From Halorhodospira halophila SL1 (GTDB taxonomy: Bacteria; Pseudomonadota; Gammaproteobacteria; Nitrococcales; Halorhodospiraceae): 32,000 bases of DNA. Each line of letters starts with the position of its first letter. Within the stretch, counting starts at the first letter, position 1. Shown piece after piece: positions 17,513 through 29,728 of this stretch. The notes under the pieces were generated by a model. The model saw only the letters and a program-made list of their open reading frames with translations, made no database searches and had not been told where the DNA came from. The stretch covers positions 2,490,001-2,522,000 of the forward strand of contig NC_008789.1 of NCBI RefSeq assembly GCF_000015585.1. The letters run 5' to 3'. The position numbers and the translations under genes are program-made.

Positions 17513-18553
17513 ATGGAATACCGCCCACTCGGTCACAGCGAGCTACGCGTCAGCGCCATCTGTCTGGGCACCATGACCTGGGGCGAACAGAACAGTGAGG
17601 CCGAGGCCCACGCCCAGCTCGACCTCGCCGCCGAGCACGGGGTGAACTTCATCGATGCGGCGGAGATGTATCCCGTGCCGCCCCGGGCCGAGACCGCCGG
17701 GCGCACCGAGGCGTACCTGGGCAACTGGCTGGCCCGCCAGCCACGCCGCGAGGATCTGGTCATCGCCACCAAGATCGCCGGCCCCGGGCTGGACTCGATC
17801 CGCGACGGCCAGCGCGCCTACACCCCCGAGCAGCTCCGCGAGGCGGTGGACGGCTCATTGCAGCGGCTGCGGACCGACTACATCGACCTCTACCAGCTGC
17901 ACTGGCCGGAGCGCCCCGCCAATTACTTCGGGCGACTCGACTACCCCTGCCCCGAGGACGACGGGCGGGAGCATGAGCGCATCCGGCGCGCCCTGGAGGG
18001 GCTGGCCGAGCTGGTCGACGCTGGCAAGATCCGCCACATCGGATTGTCCAACGAGACGCCCTGGGGCGCCATGCGCTTCATCGCCGAGGCCGAGCGCCTC
18101 GGTCTGCCGCGCATCGTCTCCATCCAGAACCCGTACAACCTGCTCAACCGCAGCTACGAGGTCGGACTCGCCGAGGTCAGCCACCGCGAGGGCTGCGGCT
18201 TGCTGGCCTACTCGCCCCTCGGCTTCGGCGTGCTCAGCGGCAAGTACCTGGATGGTCAACGCCCGGCCGAGGCCCGCCTGACCCTCTTCGAGCGCTTCCA
18301 GCGCTACACCGGCGAACGGGGCGTGACCGCCACCCGGGCCTACGTCGACCTCGCCCGGAAGCACGGCCTCGACCCGGCACAGATGGCCATCGCCTTCGCC
18401 ACCCAGCGGCCCTTCTGCACCAGCACGATCATCGGCGCCACGACCACCGAGCAGCTGCGCACCAATATGGAGGCCGGGGCGCTGGCCCTAGATGGGGCAC
18501 TCCTGCAGGAGATCGACACCCTCCACCAGGCCAACCCCAACCCCTGCCCATGA
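17513..18553 (+). CDS. NADP(H)-dependent aldo-keto reductase (Tas-like)
   Basis: The sequence MEYRPLGHSELRVSAICLGTMTWGEQNSEAEAHAQLDLAAEHGVNFIDAAEMYP...IDLYQLHWP is typical. The 346-aa length is full length for Tas-type AKRs. Confidence 0.9.
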   Translation: MEYRPLGHSELRVSAICLGTMTWGEQNSEAEAHAQLDLAAEHGVNFIDAAEMYPVPPRAETAGRTEAYLGNWLARQPRREDLVIATKIAGPGLDSIRDGQRAYTPEQLREAVDGSLQRLRTDYIDLYQLHWPERPANYFGRLDYPCPEDDGREHERIRRALEGLAELVDAGKIRHIGLSNETPWGAMRFIAEAERLGLPRIVSIQNPYNLLNRSYEVGLAEVSHREGCGLLAYSPLGFGVLSGKYLDGQRPAEARLTLFERFQRYTGERGVTATRAYVDLARKHGLDPAQMAIAFATQRPFCTSTIIGATTTEQLRTNMEAGALALDGALLQEIDTLHQANPNPCP

Positions 18554-18762
18554 CGGCCCCGTTGTACGACGGCGGCGAACGCATCGGGACCGTGCTGCGC
18601 ACCCGGGATCGAGCCCGCCCCGTGTACGTCTCACCGGGCCACCGCTTAGACTGCGCCACAGCGACGGAATGGGCTCTCGCCTGCTGCACGCGCTACCGTC
18701 TGCCTGAGCCCATCCGCAAAGCCGATCAATTGGCCGCGAAGGCCTCGGACCCAGTCACGTAG
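18550..18762 (+). pseudogene. nfi: C-terminal remnant of endonuclease V (nfi); roughly the last third of the protein only
   Basis: PLYDGGERIGTVLRTRDRARPVYVSPGHRLDCATATEWALACCTRYRLPEPIRKAD parallels the E. coli Nfi C-terminus ([56 protein letters not shown]). It is only 70 aa, against about 220 aa for intact Nfi. The N-terminal catalytic Asp and wedge region are absent. Confidence 0.7.
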
Positions 18763-18770
18763 GAGCAGTC

Positions 18771-19154
18771 ATGAACCTTGAGAAGGTCGTCTTCGGCTTC
18801 TTCATCCTGCTGGCGCTAACCCTGAATTTCGGGTTCGTCTACGGGACGATCGACAACCCGGACCACCACGCCGCCTGGGAGCTGTTCGCCGCCATCGTGG
18901 TCAACCTGATCGCCACGGTGCTCAAGTTCGGCGAGCGCACGCAGATCGGCGCCATCCTGCTGGCGGCCAGCCTGGTCGCCGACCTGCAGCTGATCGCCGC
19001 CGCCGTGCTCTGGGGCGTCGCGGTCTACGGCACTGGCGTGGGCCTGACCGACATGACCATGGCCAGCATCGTCTCCCTGGCCGGCGGCGCACTGGTCGCC
19101 AACGTCGTCTCGGTGACGCTGCTGATCATCGAGACGGTGAAGATCCACCGCTAA
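18771..19154 (+). CDS. Small integral membrane protein (about 4 TM), function unknown
   Basis: A strong AGGAG lies 6 nt upstream of the ATG. The 127-aa protein has four hydrophobic segments. It lies 16 nt upstream of the channel gene on the same strand. Confidence 0.55.
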   Translation: MNLEKVVFGFFILLALTLNFGFVYGTIDNPDHHAAWELFAAIVVNLIATVLKFGERTQIGAILLAASLVADLQLIAAAVLWGVAVYGTGVGLTDMTMASIVSLAGGALVANVVSVTLLIIETVKIHR

Positions 19155-19170
19155 GGCGCAGGACCGGTCC

Positions 19171-20861
19171 ATGGGCAACGCGGCCTTCTACATGGTGCTG
19201 CGCCGTATGCGTGGCCCGCTGTTGGTGCTGATCGGCAGCTACGCGCTCGGCATCCTGGTGCTCATGGCCATCCCCGGCGAGCACCCGGATGGCGAGCCGT
19301 GGCGGATGAACTTCATCGACGCCCTGTACTTCCTCACCTACACGGCGCCGACCATCGGCTTCGGCGAATACCCCCACGAGTTCAACTACGCCCAGCGCTT
19401 CGGCTACATGCTGGCCATCTACCCGCCGGTGATCGCCTGGTTCTACGCCATCGTGACCATCGTCGGACTGATCCAGGACCCGGTGTTCCGGCGGACCGTG
19501 GAGGCCGGCCGTTTCCGGCGGCGGGTCCGCCGGCTCTCCGACCCGTTCTGGATCGTCTGCGGCTACGGCGACACCGGCTCGTTGCTGGTCCGCTCGCTCA
19601 CCGAGCGCGGCTGGGAGGCCAGCGTGCTCGACACCGACCGCGAGCGCATCGCCGAGCTCGAGACCCGCGATCTGCGCCTGTTCGTCCCCGGCTGGCAGGC
19701 GGATGCCAACGGCACCGAGAACCTCCGCGCCGCCGGCCTCGACCACCCCCAGTGCGCCGGCGTGCTGGCGGTGACCAACGACGACCACACCAACCTGCAG
19801 ATCGCCATCACCGTCAAGCTCCTGCACCCCGAGCAGCGCGTCATCTGCCGGGCCGAGAACCGGGCGACGGCCGACAACATGGCCTCGTTCGGCACCGACC
19901 ACGTGGTCGACCCGTTCTCCTCCTTCGCCGACCGCCTGGCGCTGGCCATCACCAAGCCGGAGATGCACCGGGTCTACGAGTGGCTCTCGGGGATGCCCAA
20001 CACCCCGCTCTTCGAACCCCCGCGGCCGCCCTCGGGCCGATGGCTCATCTGCGGCTACGGGCGCTTCGGCAAGGCGGTCTGTCGCCGGCTCGACAAGGTC
20101 AACGTGCCCTACACTGTCATCGAGCGAACCCCGGAGCAGACCGGCGCCCCGGAGGGCACGATCTACGGCAAGGGCACTGAGGCCGTCACCCTGCGCGAGG
20201 CAGGCATCGAACGGGCCGAGGCAGTGCTCGCGGGCACCGACGACGACGCCGACAATCTCTCCATCGTCATGACCGCCCGGGACATCAAGCCGGACCTCTA
20301 CCTCACCGCCCGGGAGAATCAGATGGCCCACCGGCCGCTGTTCAAGGCGGCGCAATTGCAGATGCCGGTGGAACCGAGCTACCTGATCGCCACCCGCATG
20401 CTCAGCCTGATCACCGCACCGCTGCTGCCCGAGTTCCTGCGCATCGCCCGCGGCTTCGATCGCAGCTGGCACGCCGCGGTGGCCCGACGCATCCGCGAGG
20501 TGAGCGCCGGGCGTGTGCCGGAGATCTGGACCCTGACCGTCAGCGAGGACCGCAGCCCGGCGATCATTGAGCTACACCGTGAGGGGGCCGAGGTGTGCAT
20601 TGGCGACATCCTGGCCGACCCCCAGCAGAGCGGCCAGGGCATGAACGCCGTGGCCCTGCTGCTGGTCCGCCCGGAGGCCGTGGTGCCCCTGCCCGACTCT
20701 CAGGTCCCGCTGGAAGCGGGGGACCGGCTGCTGTGCTGCGGCACTTCCGAGGCCCGCGCACAGCTACGCTGGACGCTGTTCCACCGCAACACCCTGCGCT
20801 TCCTGATCACCGGCGAGCAGCGCCCGGACGGCAGCATCTGGCGCTGGCTGGGAGAACGCCG

Positions 20862-20865
<4 letters not shown>
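19171..20865 (+). CDS. 2-TM potassium-channel-like pore fused to two RCK/TrkA-N domains and a TrkA-C-like C-terminus
   Basis: The pore region is FIDALYFLTYTAPTIGFGEYP, flanked by two TM helices. Rossmann motifs are WIVCGYGDTGSLL and WLICGYGRFGKAV. A C-terminal EAGDRLLCCG segment resembles TrkA-C. Confidence 0.8.
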
Positions 20866-23298
<2,433 letters not shown>

Positions 23299-23308
23299 TC
23301 GACCCCGG

Positions 23309-23336
23309 GGGCTGATTGAGAATAGAGCCCGTTTTT
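23309..23336 (+). terminator. Weak candidate intrinsic terminator after trxB
   Basis: gggct (23309-23313) pairs with agccc (23326-23330) across a 12-nt loop, followed by gTTTTT (23331-23336). A T-run is unusual in this GC-rich context, but the stem is only 5 bp. Confidence 0.3.
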
Positions 23337-23409
23337 CACAGGCGCCGGGACCGCGGCCAAAAGCCGAACCGGCCACGCGCCGCCGAAAGGAAATCAAGCG
23401 GGAGGAGCC

Positions 23410-25179
<1,770 letters not shown>

Positions 25180-25224
25180 GCCGAAGGATCACGCAGCCAC
25201 CCCAACCAGGCGGGGCGCAACGGC

Positions 25225-27876
25225 ATGGAAGAGCATCAGGATAGCGACAGCGCCCTGCGCGAAGACATCCGGGACCTCGGCGAGCTCCTCGGTGCCACCC
25301 TGCGCGAGCAGGGCGGCACCGAGCTCTTCGAGACCGTCGAGCGGGTCCGGGTGCTGGCCAAGACGGCCCGCGCCGGGGACGACCAAGCTGCGCAGGAGCT
25401 CGAACGAACCCTTTCGGAACTGCCGCCCGAACAAGTCACGCCGGTGGCTCGGGCCTTCTCGCAGTTCCTCAACCTGGCCAATATCGCTGAGCAGCACCAC
25501 CGGGTCCGCCGCAGCCGCGAGTGGGCCCGCACCCCCGAGGCACAACCGCTGTTCGGCTCCCTGGCCGAGACCGTCCCCCGGCTGGCCGCAGATATGGAGC
25601 CCGAACAACTCCATGAGGCCATCTGCAGCATGGACATCAACCTGGTCTTCACCGCTCACCCCACCGAGGTGCAGCGACGGACCATGCTGCAGAAGTACAA
25701 CCGCATCGCCGGGTTGTTGGACAACCGCGACCGCTTCGGGCAGACGCCCACGGAGGTGGCCGAGACCCGTCTGGCGCTCAAGCGGGAGATCACCGCGGCC
25801 TGGCACAGCGACGAGATCCGGCGCCGCCGCCCCACCCCCCAGGATGAGGCACGCTGGGGCCTGGCGGTGGTGGAGCAGACGCTATGGGACGCGGTGCCAC
25901 GCTACCTGCGCAGCCTCGACCACACCCTGCGCGAGCACACCGGTCGCCCCCTGCCCCTGGACTGCGCCCCCATCACCTTCGGCTCCTGGATGGGCGGCGA
26001 CCGCGACGGCAACCCCAATGTGACCCACCGGGTCACCCGGGACGTCGCCATCCTGTCGCGCTGGATGGCCGCCTACCTCTACGAGCGGGACATCCAGCGA
26101 CTGGTCTCCACCCTGTCGCTGCAGGTCTGCGACGACGAGCTGCGCGATGAGGTCGGCGGCGAGGCGTGGGAACCCTACCGCGTGGTGCTCAAGCGACTGC
26201 GGGCGCGGCTGCGCCAGACCATGCGCTGGGCCGAGGCCAAGCTCCAAGGCGGACGACCGCCGGAGAGCGACATCCTCACCGAGGTCGAGGACCTGCGCCA
26301 GCCGCTGCTGCGCTGCTATTACTCCCTGCAGCGGGTCGGCGCCGGCGTGGTCGCCGAGGGCGAGTTGCTGGATACCATCCGCCGTGTGAGCTGCTTCGGC
26401 CTCACCCTGATGCCCATGGACATCCGCCAGCATGCGGATCGCCACACCGCGGCACTCGACGCCATCACCCAGGCGGTGGGCCTGGGCAGCTACTCCGAGT
26501 GGGACGAGGAGACCCGGCAGCAGTGGCTGTTCCAGGAGCTCTCCCACCGCCGGCCGCTGATCCCGCTGGACTTCAAGCCCGAGCGCGAGGTCCAGGAGGT
26601 GCTCGACACCATCCACATGCTCGAGGAGATCGGCCCCGACGCCGTGGGCGCGTATATCGTCTCCCACGCCTCGAAGCCCTCCGACATCCTCGCCGTGGAG
26701 CTGCTGCAGAAGGAGTGCGGGCTCACCCACCCCACCCGGGTGGTCCCCCTGTTCGAGACCCGCGACACGCTGGCCAGGGCGGCCGACACCATGGAGGTAC
26801 TGTTCAAGAGCGACTGGTACCGCCAGCGCATCGGCGGCCGCCAAGAGATCATGATCGGCTACTCCGACTCCACCAAGGACGCCGGTCACCTCACCGCCAC
26901 CTGGACGCTGTATCAGGCCCAGGAGCAGCTGGTGGCCCTCTCCCGCCGGCAGCGCGTCGACCTGACCCTGTTCCACGGCCGCGGCGGCAGCATCGGCCGC
27001 GGTGGCGGCCCCACCCACGCCGCCATCCTGGCCCAGCCGCCAGGCTCCGTCGACGGGACCCTGCGCGTCACCGAGCAGGGCGAGGTGATGCAGGCCAAGT
27101 TCGGCCTGCCGGGGATCGCCCTGCGGAACCTGGAGCTCTATACCACCTCGGTCCTGGAGGCGACCGTCCGCCCGCCGGAGCCACCGCCCAAGCGCTGGCG
27201 CGAGATCCTGGAGCGGCTCAGCGACCGGGCCATGACGGCCTATCGGCAGACCGTCAAGGAGCGCCCGGAGTTCATGGACTACTTCCAGGCGGCCACCCCC
27301 ATCGACGAGATCTCGCGGTTGACCATCGGCAGCCGGCCGGCCAAGCGCGCCCCGGACCAGATGACGGTGGACAGCCTGCGCGCCATCCCCTGGGTCTTCG
27401 CCTGGACACAGACCCGGTTGATGCTCCCCGCCTGGCTGGGGGTCGGCGAGGCCCTGGAGGAGGCCATCGAGGAGGGGCTCACCGAAGAGCTCCAGGAGAT
27501 GTTCGCCCGCTGGCCGTTCTTCGAGGCCTTCCTCGACATGGTGGAGATGGTGGTGGCCAAGGCGGAGCCCGGCGTCAACCGCCTCTATGAGCACGCCCTG
27601 GTCCCCGATGAGCTGCACAGCGTCGGCGATGAACTGCGCGATCGCTTCGCCCGCACCCGGGACGCCGTACTCACGGTCACCGGACACGAGGAGCCGCTGT
27701 CGGACTTCCCGGTGGTCAAGCGCGCCGTGGAGGTTCGTAACCCTTACGTCGATCCGCTCAACCTGCTGCAGGTGGAGCTGCTACGCCGCTCCCGGATGTG
27801 CGAGGACGACTCCCTGCGCCGCGGCCTGCAGGTGGTCATCAACGGGATCGCCGCGGGAATGCGCAACACGGGATAG
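25225..27876 (+). CDS. ppc: Phosphoenolpyruvate carboxylase
   Basis: The 883-aa protein contains VFTAHPTE, MIGYSDSTKDAGHL, FHGRGGSIGRGGGP and the invariant C-terminus GIAAGMRNTG. Confidence 0.96.
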   Translation: MEEHQDSDSALREDIRDLGELLGATLREQGGTELFETVERVRVLAKTARAGDDQAAQELERTLSELPPEQVTPVARAFSQFLNLANIAEQHHRVRRSREWARTPEAQPLFGSLAETVPRLAADMEPEQLHEAICSMDINLVFTAHPTEVQRRTMLQKYNRIAGLLDNRDRFGQTPTEVAETRLALKREITAAWHSDEIRRRRPTPQDEARWGLAVVEQTLWDAVPRYLRSLDHTLREHTGRPLPLDCAPITFGSWMGGDRDGNPNVTHRVTRDVAILSRWMAAYLYERDIQRLVSTLSLQVCDDELRDEVGGEAWEPYRVVLKRLRARLRQTMRWAEAKLQGGRPPESDILTEVEDLRQPLLRCYYSLQRVGAGVVAEGELLDTIRRVSCFGLTLMPMDIRQHADRHTAALDAITQAVGLGSYSEWDEETRQQWLFQELSHRRPLIPLDFKPEREVQEVLDTIHMLEEIGPDAVGAYIVSHASKPSDILAVELLQKECGLTHPTRVVPLFETRDTLARAADTMEVLFKSDWYRQRIGGRQEIMIGYSDSTKDAGHLTATWTLYQAQEQLVALSRRQRVDLTLFHGRGGSIGRGGGPTHAAILAQPPGSVDGTLRVTEQGEVMQAKFGLPGIALRNLELYTTSVLEATVRPPEPPPKRWREILERLSDRAMTAYRQTVKERPEFMDYFQAATPIDEISRLTIGSRPAKRAPDQMTVDSLRAIPWVFAWTQTRLMLPAWLGVGEALEEAIEEGLTEELQEMFARWPFFEAFLDMVEMVVAKAEPGVNRLYEHALVPDELHSVGDELRDRFARTRDAVLTVTGHEEPLSDFPVVKRAVEVRNPYVDPLNLLQVELLRRSRMCEDDSLRRGLQVVINGIAAGMRNTG

Positions 27877-27882
27877 ACCGCC

Positions 27883-28530
27883 ATGTACGAGTACCAAGAA
27901 GACTTCATCCGCTTCGCGCTGGACCGCGGGGTCCTGCGCTTCGGGCGGTTCACGCTCAAGTCCGGCCGCGAGAGCCCCTACTTCTTCAACACCGGGCTGT
28001 TCAACAGCGGCACGGCACTGAGCAAGCTCGGGCGCTGCTACGTGGAATCCCTGGTACGGGCGCAGATCGACTTCGATCTGGTCTTCGGCCCCGCCTACAA
28101 GGGCATCCCGTTGGCCACCGCGGTGGCCATGGCGCTGGCCGAGACGCGCAACCGCGACGTCCCGTACGCCTTCGACCGCAAAGAGGTCAAAGACCACGGC
28201 GAAGGCGGGCGACTGGTGGGTGCACCGGTGGAGGGTCGGCGCGCCGTGATCGTCGATGACGTCATCTCCTCGGGGATCTCCATCCGCGAGGCAGCGGAGC
28301 TGATCACCGCCGAGGGCGGCACCGTGGCCGCCGTGGCCATCGCCCTCGACCGCAAGGAGCGCGGCCGCGACGAGGTATCGGCCGTGCACGAGGTCGAGCA
28401 GACCCTGGGGGCGCCGGTGGTCCCGATCATCACCCTGGATCACCTCGAGACCTACCTGGCCGATCACGGCGGCAAGGGCGATACCCTGGACGCCATCCGC
28501 CAGTACCGGGCGCGCTACGGCGCGGCGTAG
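27883..28530 (+). CDS. pyrE: Orotate phosphoribosyltransferase
   Basis: It contains FALDRGVLRFGRFTLKSGRESPYFFN and the PRPP-binding motif AVIVDDVISSGISI. It starts 6 nt after the ppc stop. Confidence 0.95.
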   Translation: MYEYQEDFIRFALDRGVLRFGRFTLKSGRESPYFFNTGLFNSGTALSKLGRCYVESLVRAQIDFDLVFGPAYKGIPLATAVAMALAETRNRDVPYAFDRKEVKDHGEGGRLVGAPVEGRRAVIVDDVISSGISIREAAELITAEGGTVAAVAIALDRKERGRDEVSAVHEVEQTLGAPVVPIITLDHLETYLADHGGKGDTLDAIRQYRARYGAA

Positions 28531-28612
28531 CCGCGCCTCGGCTGGCAAGGGCCCCTCCGGGGCGATAGGATAGGCGCAGAACCTGATCCCTCCATCAGAT
28601 TGAAGGAACGCC

Positions 28613-29728
28613 ATGGATGCGCGGCTCCATCATGGACCCCGCCCGAGCCTGCGGGCAGCGGTCCTACTGGTCAGCGCCCTCGCCCTCGCCACCGGCTGCA
28701 CCGACCACGGCGCCGAGGAACCTCCCGACCAACGGCCCCGCCCGGTCCAGACCCTGATCCTAGAAGACCCCGATCAGCTCGCCGAGCGCCGCTTCACCAG
28801 CCGCGTGGCGGCGCAAAACCGGGCGTGGGTCTCGTTCCGCGTCGGCGGTGAGCTGGAGGGTGTCCACGCCGAGGTCGGCGACCGCGTCGCCGCCGGCGAG
28901 CGCCTCGCCGAACTGGACGACTCCGACCACGTCCGCGAGGTCGACGAGTTGGAGGCCCAGCTCGAGGCGGCACGGGCACGGCAAGCCTACGCCGCCACCG
29001 AGTACCTGCGCGCCGCGCAGCTGGTGGAGGAAGAGGCGATCACCCAGTCGGAATACGACCAGGCCGCCCGCCAGCGCGACGAGGCCCAGGCCGAAGCCGC
29101 CTCGCTGCAGGCCGGGCTGGCCCTGGCCCGGGATCGACTGGCCTACACCCGCCTGCGCGCCCCTTTCGACGGAGCCGTCGCCGAACGCCGCTTCGACACC
29201 CACGAGGCGGTGCCGCCCCAGGAACCGGTCTACCTGCTAGAGGACCTCTCGCAGCTGGAGGTCGAGGTCGGTATCCCCGAGGAGTTCATGGTCTACCGGG
29301 ACCATCTGCAGCAGGTGCAGGTCCGCATTCCGGCCCTCGACGCCGTGTACCCGGGGCGCATCCGCACCGTGGGCGTGGACGTGCTCCCCGAGCGCCAGAC
29401 CTACCCGGTCCAGGTCGCCCTGACCGAGCCCGGGGAGCAGTTGCTACCCGGCATGACTGCGGAGGTCATCTTCCACGCCGAGATGGACCCGAGCGAGGGG
29501 TTCCGCATCCCCCTAACCGCCCTCCACGAGCACGACAACGAACACCAGGTCTGGCTCCGCGGGGATGACGGCACGGTCCGTCGTCAGGCCGTGGAGCTCA
29601 TCGCCCTGGACCGGCGCAGCGCCCTGGTGGCGGACGGGCTGGAGACCGGTGACGAGGTGGTGACCGCCGGCGTGCACCACCTGGCCGAAGGCCAGCCCAC
29701 CCGGCGGATGGATCCGGAGGCGCCGTGA
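28613..29728 (+). CDS. Efflux RND transporter periplasmic adaptor (membrane fusion protein), lipoprotein
   Basis: The signal and lipobox are AAVLLVSALALATGC. Lipoyl-like and hairpin segments are present (VGGELEGVHAEVGDRVAAGERLAELD, coiled-coil LEAQLEAARARQ, YTRLRAPFDG). Confidence 0.85.
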   Translation: MDARLHHGPRPSLRAAVLLVSALALATGCTDHGAEEPPDQRPRPVQTLILEDPDQLAERRFTSRVAAQNRAWVSFRVGGELEGVHAEVGDRVAAGERLAELDDSDHVREVDELEAQLEAARARQAYAATEYLRAAQLVEEEAITQSEYDQAARQRDEAQAEAASLQAGLALARDRLAYTRLRAPFDGAVAERRFDTHEAVPPQEPVYLLEDLSQLEVEVGIPEEFMVYRDHLQQVQVRIPALDAVYPGRIRTVGVDVLPERQTYPVQVALTEPGEQLLPGMTAEVIFHAEMDPSEGFRIPLTALHEHDNEHQVWLRGDDGTVRRQAVELIALDRRSALVADGLETGDEVVTAGVHHLAEGQPTRRMDPEAP

